DNA from: an uncultured bacterium
Lineage (GTDB): Bacteria; Chlamydiota; Chlamydiia; Chlamydiales; SM23-39
Direction: 5' to 3'
Assembly (NCBI GenBank): GCA_963716985.1
Contig: OY970323.1
Location: forward strand, 1,472,001 to 1,536,000
DNA: 64,000 nucleotides
Within the stretch, counting starts at the first letter, position 1; each line of letters opens with the position of its first letter. A model generated the notes under the pieces. That model saw nothing but the letters and a program-made list of their open reading frames with translations, had not been told where the DNA came from and made no database searches. The position numbers and the translations under genes are program-made. Positions 1 through 14,104 of the stretch are shown piece by piece.

Positions 1-1140
1 CTCCTCTCCGCTGATTTCAAATTCGATCTGTTGGGGAATCGATATTTCTTTCCTATCCAACTGCAGCTTTTTGGACTGTTTTAAAACTTTGAAGGTTTCC
101 TCTTTTACATCCATCTGGACAATCGAAGGAAAGTCTACCGGAGAGGCGGCGATGAAAAAGGCGTGCTCGCTATCCGCAATCAGGCTGCTAAAATAGGTGA
201 ACGGTGTTTTGATTTTCCTATACGCATGAGACTCTACATCCAAAAGCAACAAATGGCCGATCCCCTTTTGGATATAGGAGCAAAGAATTTGATATCCTTT
301 TTCTTTTGGGATCAAAGCATAAGTAGAAAGTCCATCGATCCATTGAGGAACACCAAATTCCGCCTCAAAGGAAAGCATGGGCTCTATTTTCTTGTCCTGA
401 TAGCAATACAGATTCCAAAAACCGCTGATTTCATAGACAAAAAAGAGTTTTCCGTCAGGCGCCCACTGGGGTTGAAAAACCGAAGAGCCCCCTTCTCCCG
501 CAACCACTTCTCCATCTCCCAATGAACCATCCTCTTTGATTGGACAAAGGGTCAGCTGCGCCCCATCCCATGGCATATTGGGATGGTCCCAACAGAGATA
601 GGCCAGTTCAGATCCATTAGGACTTAGAGAAAGAGATGCGTAAAAATCTCTGCCTTGAGCCAACGCCTTTTTTTCTCTTGTCCGAAGATCGATGCTCACG
701 ATCGAATGGCGGCGCTCCCCCTTACCCTCTTCTTGGACGCAGATCAAACGATTTCTTTTTTGATCAAAGAGAATAGCTCCATAGCGAACGCTCTCTTTGT
801 CAGTGAGGCGATGGATTTTTCTTTTAGAATCGATCCTGTAAATACACTGGTCATTTTGATTGCAGAAGAAAATCAGGTCACCTGCAAGACAATAGGACTT
901 TCCTCCATATTCATTGATTTTTGTTCGTGCGCTATAAGAATCCGGCAAAAGATCCTCCTGCCCTTTCCCCGAAAGGGCAACTAGCATCACTTGCCCCTTT
1001 TTTGAAGGGTTCATCTCTTCAAAAAAAAGCTTGTTTCCGTGCAAAGAAAGATGGTTGAGACGAAGGTTATCTTCCACCACGATTTCAGAAGAAATTTTTG
1101 AAGCCCATGAGCCCGCCGGGGCTTCGCTCAGCTCAATCAT
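1..1140 (-). CDS. S9 family (prolyl oligopeptidase-like) peptidase, N-terminal part; runs off the window edge
   Basis: Not in the ORF track. Manual translation from ATG 1140 (RBS AGGAG ~1146-1151) gives MIELSEAPAGSWASKISS...ARTKINEYGG...GRDFYASLSLSPNGSELAYLCWDHPNMPWDG, motifs typical of this family. Confidence 0.85.
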   Translation of the reverse strand, partial: MIELSEAPAGSWASKISSEIVVEDNLRLNHLSLHGNKLFFEEMNPSKKGQVMLVALSGKGQEDLLPDSYSARTKINEYGGKSYCLAGDLIFFCNQNDQCIYRIDSKRKIHRLTDKESVRYGAILFDQKRNRLICVQEEGKGERRHSIVSIDLRTREKKALAQGRDFYASLSLSPNGSELAYLCWDHPNMPWDGAQLTLCPIKEDGSLGDGEVVAGEGGSSVFQPQWAPDGKLFFVYEISGFWNLYCYQDKKIEPMLSFEAEFGVPQWIDGLSTYALIPKEKGYQILCSYIQKGIGHLLLLDVESHAYRKIKTPFTYFSSLIADSEHAFFIAASPVDFPSIVQMDVKEETFKVLKQSKKLQLDRKEISIPQQIEFEISGEE

Positions 1141-1188
1141 GAAAAACTCCTAAAAAAAAATTTAATATCTTAAAAAAATAAAAACTTC

Positions 1189-2943
1189 GCAAGTGCTCAT
1201 AAAACTGAGGTAAAAAACTTTAAGTTTCTTTGAGCCGCGAGGGAGCTCGCGACACGATTACTTGCGACAACCTGGGAATTTTACACAACCCGTTGATTCT
1301 GTCTTCAAGATATCCGAAAAAAGTGATTCCAAGCTTACAGCAAGTCTTTTTTAGGCTTACAAAAGTATCTCGACATTTTTGACCTTCTTCACTACGAGTC
1401 CCTCCGGATACTTTCCGCTTAACCACCATCTCTCGAGCATCGGTTTCGGTTCCATTATTGTGAAGGGGGGTGTCTGGTTTCTCTAATACCCTGAGCAATT
1501 CGTCCTTTTTTTCATAAGTTTTTGCCAGCTGTTTGTTTAGGGTGGGACTGATGGTTTTCTTTTTTGAGAATAAATTGTCAAAATTCTGCTCGAGAATCAA
1601 TTTTAGGCTTTCAGAGGGCGCGAGTTTGTATTCCTGCAGCCCCTTGTATAAATCCCAAATTTCTCCCCGGACTTGCTCGATTGCTTTGCGTGTTGCTTCG
1701 TCAAAGGGAATGAGTTTTCGATAATGCCTCTCCTCATGGATCCAACATAAAGATCGAACGAAGACATTGAATTGCCCTGCATCATCTCCATGCACTCCAA
1801 GATCTCTTGGTATGCCATTTTCTATCAGGCTCGCGAATAGGGCGGCCTCGGTTACAAGTTTTATGTCGCTTTCTGACTTGATGTTTATTGCGAGTAAAAA
1901 TTTCTCCCATTCTATTTGATTCATGGATCGATATCGGGCCTGCAAAAGGAGGTATCCTCCTAACCAACTCGAGGGTTTTAGGGTCTCAATGTAGTCTGCA
2001 GTGTCTTCATTGATAAGATATCGAGGAGCCGTCCCATGCAATATCTTGAGAAAATTTATGCGACTTTTGCTTTCTGTCGACACAATGTAGGTAAAATATT
2101 CGTTCCCTATGATCGTCGAGTAGCCATTATGCCCTCGGTGGCGAGCGCCGGTGTCGTCTACTTTTACTTGTCCTGTAGCTGCTATCCCCGCGGACAATAG
2201 CTCGTTCTTTTCCTGATGGAAGGCTTCCTTTCCTTGGATCAAAATATTGCTCAACTGTCCTTCGGAGATCAATACGCCAATTTCTTTCAACTGTGCAAAC
2301 AGCAGAGGTTCTGTAATACGACAGCCATAATATTGGTGCAAAACGTAGCTGATCAATTGAGGGCCATAATGTCCCTGGATATTTTGCGGCAATTTACCTG
2401 TTAAGTAAGTGCCATCAGGCAATTGCCATCGCTCGAGTTCGTATATGGTATTGTAAGGCTGAAGAATGATGTCCTGTACGGTAAATTTCTGACATCCTTT
2501 GAAGGTAGCTCCTTCGGGAACTGATTCGGGCTTAATGCGACTTCTGGTATGTATCTCAAGTTTTTTGGTTTTTTTACGTCGAGGATGCATCCCCCTGGAG
2601 AGTTTATTTTTGTCGTTTTGCTTATCTTTGCTTTGTTGCCCCTCTAAAGTGCTGGGAGGAATCTTTGGACGGGGCTTTTGTCCCTTGAGAATTGCAATCT
2701 CATCTTTTAGTCGTTGGATTTCTTCGTGCTGAAATGAAATGGTGTTCAAAGCAATGTCGAGGCGATCTCTTAGGCGTCGATCTTCTTCAGCGAGCTGGGT
2801 ATTTTGCTCTAAAATTCGTTGAATGAGGTCATTGTTATTCTGCATAAGCAAGTAAATTTACGATGACGAACGATTAAAGAAAAGATTTATATTTTTTTAG
2901 GATCTAAGAATGAGGTATTTACCTCAACTTTTTGAGCACTTGC
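1189..2943 (-). mobile_element. IS66 family, single-ORF (ISBst12-like) element, copy 1
   Basis: TIRs GCAAGTGCTCATAAAACTGAGGTAAA / GCAAGTGCTCAAAAAGTTGAGGTAAA; 8-bp target duplication AAAACTTC at 1181-1188 and 2944-2951. Confidence 0.92.
1220..2851 (-). CDS. IS66 family transposase (543 aa)
   Basis: N-terminal coiled coil; VDDTG, DDAGQF, LCWIHEERH, PLHNNGTETDAREMVVKRKVSGGTRS motifs. Confidence 0.92.
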   Translation of the reverse strand: MLMQNNNDLIQRILEQNTQLAEEDRRLRDRLDIALNTISFQHEEIQRLKDEIAILKGQKPRPKIPPSTLEGQQSKDKQNDKNKLSRGMHPRRKKTKKLEIHTRSRIKPESVPEGATFKGCQKFTVQDIILQPYNTIYELERWQLPDGTYLTGKLPQNIQGHYGPQLISYVLHQYYGCRITEPLLFAQLKEIGVLISEGQLSNILIQGKEAFHQEKNELLSAGIAATGQVKVDDTGARHRGHNGYSTIIGNEYFTYIVSTESKSRINFLKILHGTAPRYLINEDTADYIETLKPSSWLGGYLLLQARYRSMNQIEWEKFLLAINIKSESDIKLVTEAALFASLIENGIPRDLGVHGDDAGQFNVFVRSLCWIHEERHYRKLIPFDEATRKAIEQVRGEIWDLYKGLQEYKLAPSESLKLILEQNFDNLFSKKKTISPTLNKQLAKTYEKKDELLRVLEKPDTPLHNNGTETDAREMVVKRKVSGGTRSEEGQKCRDTFVSLKKTCCKLGITFFGYLEDRINGLCKIPRLSQVIVSRAPSRLKET

Positions 2944-3015
2944 AAAACTTCTCTTTCGTTGACCTAAATAATTTCACAAAGGTAAAATTTAGTTCTTCTA
3001 AATAAAAGGACCCGC

Positions 3016-3975
3016 ATGTCGGTTTTCTTAATACTTTTTACTTATGCCGCTTGGACAACCATGTTTTCTCTAGCTAAGCAAACACTGCAGCTCTGTCCCC
3101 CCATTTTTCTAACCGGCGTCCGCATGATCTTGGCGGGAGTTCTTCTTTTAGCCTATCTGGCTATTTTTAAAAGAAACCTTTTAAAAATACAAAAGAAAGA
3201 TCTATTGCCCCTCATTCTTTTGGCCCTTTTAAGCATGTACCTGACCAACGTCTTTGAATTTTGGGGACTCCAGCACCTCTCCGCTGCAAAAACATGCTTT
3301 ATCTATAGCCTTTCTCCCTTTTTTGCGGCCTTCTTTTCCTATTTGCACTTCAAAGAAAAAATGAATATGCGCAAATGGATGGGAATGCTCATTGGCTTTT
3401 TCGGAGTGGTCTCTTCCTTCTTTTTTCAGTCAGATTCGGAAAAATCTTTGGGCGGCATCGGCTTTATCTCCTGGCCGGAACTTGCCTTAGTGGCAGCAGC
3501 GCTTTGCTCCGTTTATGGATGGGTACTTTTGCGCATTCTCGTCAAAGACACCGACAATACAAAGAAACCCCTCTCCCCTCTTTTTGTCAATGGGTCCACC
3601 ATGCTCATGGGCGGTTTTTTTGCGCTGATCCACTCTTTTTTTGTCGATTCTTGGAATCCCTCTCCCGTTCCGCAAGAGCACATAGGGGCATTTGTCAAAG
3701 AAATATTACTCATGACCTTTATCTCGAACATACTCTGCTACAATCTCTACGGCCTTCTCTTAAAAAAATTTACAGCTACTATCCTTTCCTTCTTTGGCCT
3801 CTTAAGCCCCTTCTTTACTACCCTGACCAGCTGGTTCATCCTGGGTGAAAAGCCCTCCCTTGCGATCTGTCTTTCCAGTTGCATCGTTCTTTTTGGCCTT
3901 TGGATCGTCTATCGCGAAGAGCTTCGTCTAGGGTATATGCAAAAAATTCCCGAAAAGGAAGAAGTTGCTTCATAA
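3016..3975 (+). CDS. DMT/EamA family transporter
   Basis: 319 aa, ~10 hydrophobic segments in two EamA-like repeats (PPIFLTGVRMILAG; LSPFFTTLTSWFILGE). Confidence 0.85.
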   Translation: MSVFLILFTYAAWTTMFSLAKQTLQLCPPIFLTGVRMILAGVLLLAYLAIFKRNLLKIQKKDLLPLILLALLSMYLTNVFEFWGLQHLSAAKTCFIYSLSPFFAAFFSYLHFKEKMNMRKWMGMLIGFFGVVSSFFFQSDSEKSLGGIGFISWPELALVAAALCSVYGWVLLRILVKDTDNTKKPLSPLFVNGSTMLMGGFFALIHSFFVDSWNPSPVPQEHIGAFVKEILLMTFISNILCYNLYGLLLKKFTATILSFFGLLSPFFTTLTSWFILGEKPSLAICLSSCIVLFGLWIVYREELRLGYMQKIPEKEEVAS

Positions 3976-4201
3976 CTCCAACCGACTGGTTGATTTTTAT
4001 TAAAAATGTTAGTAAAATATGTTAAAAGTTTTAACTTTTGATACAATTTAAAACAAAGTTTATTAAGAACTCTACCGTGTCTGTAAAATTTGAATTTGAC
4101 TCGGGGATCAGTTGGTATACAAAATACCGTGTTCGCCATATGGCTGAAAAAATGCATGTGAAAAGCTGGCGAACATTTCATGTGACTTTGGGCAAACCCT
4201 G

Positions 4202-5919
4202 GTAAGTTCTCAAAAACGTCTGGGAAAAACTAAAAACTTGCCGGCGATGCCTGTGATTTTTGTTCAATAAGATCTTTCATCCGGGGAATTTTTTTTGCAT
4301 TTACAAGCCTGTCTTTCAAATAGTCACAAAAACTGATGCCTAATTTCATGCAGGTTTTCTTGAGACTTGCAAAAGTGTCTCTGGCTTTGCGGCCAGCTTC
4401 GCTTCGTGTGCCTCCAGAGATCTTTCTCCGCTTTGCATATTCACGGATATCTCTTTCGCAGTCATTGTTATGAAGAGGAATAAATGGATACTTAAGGACG
4501 AGCAAGAGCCCGTCTTTTCTTGACCGGGTATTCGCAAGAAGTGAATTTATGGCTGCACTTTTGTATGCTTTGCCGAAAATCTGATCGAATCGATCTTCAA
4601 GAGTTTTCTGCAGGACAAGAGTCGGTTTTTTCTTGTATTCTTTCAGCGCTTCATAAAAATCCCAAATATCTGAACGAACCATTTCAAGCTCTATTTTTTC
4701 AACATCTGATAGAGGAATCAGTTTTCGATAATGACGTTCTTCATGGACCCAACAAAGCCCATTTAGAAAAATTGCAAACTGTCTTGCAGCATCACTTATC
4801 GTAATCAGAAATGGGTTGACTCCTTTTTCCAAAGCCCCGCCTAAAAGAGCCGCTTCAGTAGCAATTCTACGATCTTTTTCAGATTCGATTTTTTGTTTTT
4901 TAAGGAAATTTTCCCAGAAAGCGCTTTCTTGAAATTGTTTACCTTTATGCCTCTCCAGGGCTGCAAGAGATTTTTCTCCAATCCCATGCTCGAAAGCATA
5001 ATTTAAGCTCTCTTCCGTTAGAGCATACAATTCTTCTTTGCCCTGCAAGATTTTTAAAAAATTGATTCGACTTTTAGAACCTGTGCTTTCAAAGTAAGTA
5101 AACAAGGGACTGCCTATGGCCGTGCAGTATCCGTTCTTCCCGTCGTGTCTTGCACCTGTATCATCTGCATTAAGAAATTTACTGAAAACCAGGCCGGCTT
5201 TGAGGATCTCTTCTTTTTCTTGGTGAAAGCTTTCTTTGTTCTGAATCAGAATATTGCTGAGTTGAGCCGGGGAAATGTCGATTCCCATTTCATAAAGCTG
5301 TTCTAACAAAAGAGGCTCTGTCACATGACACTGGTGATACTGCGAGAGGCAATAAGCAATCAGTTCAGCCCCAAAATGACCTTGTTGATATTCCGGGGGA
5401 AGTTCTCCACGAATACGTGACCCGTCAGGACTCAAATAGACGCAAGGCGAAATTGTATTTCAAGAGACTCTATGCGGAGATCTTGAACGTTGTAGGTATC
5501 ATAGCCCTTAAAAATCGATCCGGCAGGAATATTGTTGGGCAAAACTGTCTTTTGCTCTTTTTTTCTTTGTCTGCGAGAAGAAGAACGATGAATATCAGAG
5601 TTTTTGGGAGGCGGCTTATTTTTTGCATCATCAGCAGTTCTTGAAGGGGATAATTTTGGCCGTGGTTTTTGACCTTTAAGTTTTGCAATTTCATCTTTGA
5701 GATGAGCGTTTTCTTCCGTCAATTCCTGAATGATCCTAAGGCAAACCTGAAGCAATTCGACCAACTTGTTGATGGTTGGATCTAGAACAAGATTCTCGGG
5801 AATTTCAGGAATTTGCAGTTTCATTCCTGAAATCATATATGGAAATAGCCTTAAAGACAAAATAAAAATTTAAGTTTACTTGAGGCGTTATGCTTTACCA
5901 AGGGTTTTTGAGAACTTAC
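4202..5919 (-). mobile_element. IS66 family element (second lineage) with frameshifted transposase
   Basis: TIR GTAAGTTCTCAAAAAC at both ends; 8-bp duplication AAACCCTG at 4194-4201 and 5920-5927. Confidence 0.9.
4230..5860 (-). pseudogene. IS66 transposase split by a 1-bp frameshift near 5440
   Basis: ORFs 5432-5860 and 4230-5435 are colinear with the 543-aa transposase (YELERWQLPDG vs FRLA-x-YLSPDG). Confidence 0.85.
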
Positions 5920-5962
5920 AAACCCTGGGGTTACGATCTACTCATTAATCGAATTTACATCC

Positions 5963-6162
5963 CTAGTGCTCTGTCATAGTTAAAATTTAGGATTATAAGT
6001 TTGGCAACGGTCGGCATAAACTCAAGTCAATTTATCCTAAAATTAAAGAATGGCAGAGCACTAGTGCTCTGTCATAGTTAAAATTTAGGATTATAAGTTT
6101 GGCAACGGTCGGCATAAACTCAAGTCAATTTATCCTAAAATTAAAGGGTGACAGAGCACTAG
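5963..6162. mobile_element. Two tandem copies of a 98-bp CTAG-flanked MITE (IS630-like ends)
   Basis: CTAG at 5963, 6061 and 6159; ends TGCTCTGTCA...TG(A/G)CAGAGCA with ~30-bp imperfect IRs; third copy at 53628. Confidence 0.88.
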
Positions 6163-6787
6163 CAACTTTTCTTGGCTTCTTACATTAGCAGGCGATGATT
6201 TTTTCTTGGCTCACGAGTTTTCGCATTGCTAAGACAAAAAACTCAAATGGCTTCAGCTTGGTTATTTGGGAATGATGGGGATGATGGGGGTAGGCATTTG
6301 GCAACGTGATAAAATAAGCCAGATAGACAGCCGGATAGATAAGGCTATTTTGACCATAGCGGGCCCAACCACCCGAGTATTCATGGAGGTGGGTGCTGCA
6401 TTCTGCGCCGGGATGGCTTTTATCCTTGCTGATACAGCTCTTGACCGAAACAGAGAAGGATTTGCAGATAAAAATGCCTTAAAGTATGTATCCACTCTGG
6501 AAAAGGTCAAAGGCATTGTTACCTTCACCTATTTCCAAAAAAAAGGACATGGACTAGGAGGCATGTTATCCACTCACCCATCTCACAAAAAGCGAATCGA
6601 ATGGATTAGAGAAAGCATTGGACGGGAAAATCTATTTCTTCGCGTCTATGCAAAAGTTCTTTTGGGTTTTTTCATGACTGCCTTGCGTATAAAGCTTTTT
6701 TTCGAAAACGCATCATGCTTGCGGCCTGCTGGCCGAGCTGTCGCGCCTTAAAACATTTCTTATTTCCACAATTATTTCCACAAAGCC

Positions 6788-6816
6788 TTGACTTTTATTT
6801 AAAATGTTAGTAAAAT
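6788..6816 (+). promoter_or_regulatory. Sigma66-type promoter
   Basis: TTGACT-17 bp-TAAAAT; a similar copy precedes the paralog near 3990-4018. Confidence 0.6.
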
Positions 6817-6873
6817 ATATTAAACGATTTAGTTTTTAATTTATTTTAAAACATAATTTATAAAAGGATTATT

Positions 6874-7557
6874 ATGTCTGTAAAATTTGAATTTGGTCCG
6901 GGGATCAGTTGGTATACAAAATACCGCGTTCGCCATATGGCTGAAAAAATGCATGTGAAAAGTTCACGGCCCATTCAAGTAATGCTGCGGCATGACTGGA
7001 GTTCTTCACAATCTCTTAATCGGATTTACATTCCCTATAACTTTTTCTGGATCGTAGATGAAGCGGATGATTTCAGCCTCGCTCACGAATTTTCGCACCT
7101 TCAAGATAAAACCATCCTGCCGAAAAGCTTATGGTCTCAAATAGGCGTCTGCTCGTGCGTGCTAGCCATTTTAGGACTAGGTTTCGGTTGGGGATCGGAA
7201 GGTCTATGGAAGGCAAAAGCACTGAAAGCAAGCGCAGTTGTAAGCTGTTTTTGCATAACAAACCTACTGCTCCGCTTATCAACGCTTGCTCATTTTCGAC
7301 GAAAAGAAGAACGTGCGGACAAGAATGCGCTACAATACATATCCACGAAGGAAAAAGTCAAAGCCATCGTTGATTTTTCTTATCTCCAGCGAGACACTCC
7401 TCCTTCAGGGGGCCTATTTTCCACCCACCCCTCCGACGAAAAGCGAATCGAATGGATCAAAGAGAGCATCAGACGGGAACATGTATTTCTTCGCCTCTAT
7501 GCAAAAACTCTTTTGTTTTTCTACATATGCGGATCCGGCTTAAAAGTATCCCTTTGA
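6874..7557 (+). CDS. M48/HtpX-like zinc metalloprotease; stop codon supplied by the TnpB element end
   Basis: LAHEFSH, EERADKNAL and FSTHPSDEKRIEWI motifs with two TM segments. Confidence 0.8.
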   Translation: MSVKFEFGPGISWYTKYRVRHMAEKMHVKSSRPIQVMLRHDWSSSQSLNRIYIPYNFFWIVDEADDFSLAHEFSHLQDKTILPKSLWSQIGVCSCVLAILGLGFGWGSEGLWKAKALKASAVVSCFCITNLLLRLSTLAHFRRKEERADKNALQYISTKEKVKAIVDFSYLQRDTPPSGGLFSTHPSDEKRIEWIKESIRREHVFLRLYAKTLLFFYICGSGLKVSL

Positions 7558-7680
7558 ACCTCCCTCGCCTAAAGGCGAAGGATTCCTGCTTCACAGCTCC
7601 CGGCAACCCGGGCAGCTCCACAGGCTTTAGACCGACGCACCGACAGCCCAATTTTTTATATTGATTGCAGCATTCAAATC
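7554..7680 (-). ncRNA. IS200/IS605 right end / TnpB reRNA (omegaRNA) scaffold; 5' boundary approximate
   Basis: Minus strand ...GCCTGTGGAG...GAAGCAGGAATCCTTCGCCTTTAGGCGAGGGAGGTTCAA directly after the tnpB 3' end. Confidence 0.75.
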
Positions 7681-8019
7681 TCTGTCTATCCTTTGTCCGC
7701 ATGCGCAGATATATTCTCTTTGTCCCAGGTCCATTTTTTGTCTGCGACCACATTTTGAACAAAGACGTGTGCTTCCTAAGAGACTTGAAACTTCGTATAG
7801 TGTTTTGCCATATTCAAGAGCTTTGTTTTTAAGACACTCTAAAAACATTCCCCATCCAACATCAAGGACAAGCTCGTTACTTTGATCAAAGAGAGAGAGC
7901 TGTTTCTCTTCTCTTTTTCCCAAGCCTCTTTTTTTTGAGCCAAACCCCAATTGAAGATCCATCTCTTGGCTCCGGCAAACTGAGCAAAAAAAATCTCACT
8001 CGTTTTTTGGGGCAACAGA
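7627..8019 (-). pseudogene. tnpB: tnpB relic (internal deletion plus frameshift)
   Basis: N-terminal LLPQ...FAGAKRWIFNWGL fragment joined to DVGWGMF..LKNKA..GK, CSKCG/CACG zinc ribbon and DRDLNAAINI. Confidence 0.85.
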
Positions 8020-8051
8020 AGGACTGAAAAATTTCGTGCAATTTCCCTGGG

Positions 8052-8148
8052 AAGTATAAGAAGATGAGAGGACATTTTAGAAGAGCCATATACTGGCTGG
8101 GAAGAATTGCGAAGAGCAATCCTCAGCTGTATGAGCACTGGAGAATGG
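8052..8148 (+). pseudogene. Group II intron RT/maturase C-terminal fragment
   Basis: Translates KYKKMRGHFRRAIYWLGRIAKSNPQLYEHW, resembling the KYK...RA..WL..I...P.LF.HW maturase tail. Confidence 0.6.
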
Positions 8149-8348
8149 TTAAACCTAAAAACGGCAGTTGAACCGCTCCGCACAATCAAAACTTTCGCGA
8201 TTCTCCTCTAAAAATCAATGTTATTGCTCAAATTTATCCACTCACCTATTGGGTGGGCGTGAAAGTTCAAGATAGAATTTATTTCTGAGAGAGAAATTTA
8301 CAATTTTCAGGTCATGCAGAGCGGTTCAACTGCCGTTTTTAGGTTTAA
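8149..8348. mobile_element. 200-bp MITE-like element with perfect 30-bp terminal inverted repeats
   Basis: TTAAACCTAAAAACGGCAGTTGAACCGCTC at 8149-8178 and its reverse complement at 8319-8348. Confidence 0.75.
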
Positions 8349-8379
8349 AAGGGAACAAAAACTCTCGAAGAATCAAGCC

Positions 8380-8411
8380 AAAAAAAAAGCCCGAGGAGTT
8401 CTTCCTCGGGC
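8380..8411 (-). terminator. Intrinsic terminator of the rRNA operon
   Basis: GCCCGAGGA-agaac-TCCTCGGGC followed by a T-run, downstream of 5S. Confidence 0.85.
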
Positions 8412-8422
8412 ATATATTAAAA

Positions 8423-8538
8423 AACTGGCAGCGACCTACTCTCCCATACTCTTGTGCATAGTACCATCGGCGAAAAAAGGCTTAACTTCTGAGTTCGAAA
8501 TGGGTTCAGGTGTTTCCCTCTTTCCATGACCACCAGCA
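8423..8538 (-). rRNA. rrf: 5S rRNA
   Basis: CTGGCAGCGACCTACTCTCCC...GAGTTCGAAATGGG...CACCAG on the plus strand. Confidence 0.95.
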
Positions 8539-8582
8539 AAGCTTTTTCATTGAATCAAGTTGGTGTTTGAGCCGTTAAAAAA

Positions 8583-11528
<2,946 letters not shown>

Positions 11529-11723
11529 TTTACTTTTTCGCCGTCTCAAACACCAGCTCGGTTCAATGAACTTTTATTCTTAAACTTTGCTTTGCTTTGT
11601 TTTGTTTCTATTCTTGCTGATCATTCGACTTTCAAGGTTTTGACAATGGAAGGGAAGAGACGAGAAGAAAGTTTGCATCCCAACCTAGGATCTGGATAAA
11701 CGTGGGTCTATCCATTTCGTCCT

Positions 11724-13279
<1,556 letters not shown>

Positions 13280-13436
13280 ATAAGATCTTTATTTAAACTT
13301 TTTGACGGAGAAGAGAGTTCCCTCTCTTCTCACACAAACTTCACTTTCGTCTCTTCTCTTCCACTGTCAAAAACGCATAAGCAGTCTTGCTGCTCTTTTT
13401 CTTAAAGAAGCTGTTTGCCTTCAAAAGAATAGAGTA

Positions 13437-13466
13437 AACATACTCGGGTCTTTGATTTTCACGCAA
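13437..13466 (-). promoter_or_regulatory. Putative rRNA operon promoter
   Basis: TTGCGT-18 bp-TATGTT about 160 bp upstream of 16S. Confidence 0.45.
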
Positions 13467-13667
13467 GCACTAATGAAAAAAAATCACCAACCCGTCTCGT
13501 TTCCCTATGAAAACATTCTCTCTGCTGCAAACATTTCCCTTTCGATCGCACGCATGCAACAAGCGTTGCCAGAATGCATCAAAAACAATTTATAATTAAA
13601 ATTTTGATTTTTAATTAGCATTTTTGATAGAGATCGAATTAAGGATTAACTTTGGAGGAAATCCAAA

Positions 13668-14051
13668 ATGGCATATTCAATTTTTTTAGGTCAATTTCTT
13701 GGCATAGGCTTCATCATCATGAGCCTGGCTTTTTTACTCAACACAAAGCACCATGAAAAAGCGTGCAATGAGATCGCTGAAAGCTCCACTCTCTGGATAC
13801 TTGTCAGCAGCCTGATGTTTTTCTTCGGGATGATTATCGTCTTCACGCATAATCTTTGGGTTCGCGACTGGCGGGTTTTAACAACCGTGATCGGCTGGGT
13901 ATTTTTGATCTCGGGAGTATTACGCCTGCTCTTCCAAAATCGCACGATGAGCTTGTGCAAAAAAGCAAATATGAAAAAACTCCCCCATCGATTCTGCTGG
14001 ATTACTCTAATCTTAGGAGCAATCCTTCTCTACGCAAGCATCTATTTTTAA
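13668..14051 (+). CDS. Small integral membrane protein (4 TM)
   Basis: RBS GGAGG; hydrophobic 127 aa with HNLW...W..L...IGW motif. Confidence 0.8.
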   Translation: MAYSIFLGQFLGIGFIIMSLAFLLNTKHHEKACNEIAESSTLWILVSSLMFFFGMIIVFTHNLWVRDWRVLTTVIGWVFLISGVLRLLFQNRTMSLCKKANMKKLPHRFCWITLILGAILLYASIYF

Positions 14052-14071
14052 TACGTAAAAGAAAGACAAAC

Positions 14072-14102
14072 GAAAAGCCTGCTTTCTTCAAGTCGGCTTT
14101 TC
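14072..14102. terminator. Probable bidirectional terminator
   Basis: GAAAAGCC...GGCTTTTC hairpin between convergent genes. Confidence 0.55.
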
Positions 14103-14104
14103 GC

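Larger units (their letters stand above)
4077..6751 (+). pseudogene. M48/HtpX-like zinc metalloprotease paralog, disrupted by IS66, a tandem MITE and a nonsense codon
   Basis: 5' end (GTG 4077) nearly identical to 6874. Removing 4202-5927 and the 196-bp MITE pair restores one frame ...KPWGYDLLINRIYIPSNFSW...LAHEFSHC*DK...STHPSHKKRIEWI; TAA at 6230 where the paralog has CAA. Confidence 0.85.

Noticed and set aside
163..984. Plus-strand ORFs 163-525 and 655-984
   Set aside because: Shadows of the minus-strand S9 peptidase.
5425..5450. Programmed frameshift in the second IS66
   Set aside because: No slippery run at the junction; a 1-bp loss or sequencing error is simpler.
5963..6162. Tandem repeat as a CRISPR array
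   Set aside because: Whole 98-bp units repeat without unique spacers, no cas genes are present, and a dispersed copy indicates a MITE.
6759..6783. TTATTTCCACAA direct repeat as DnaA boxes
   Set aside because: Only two imperfect copies and no origin context.
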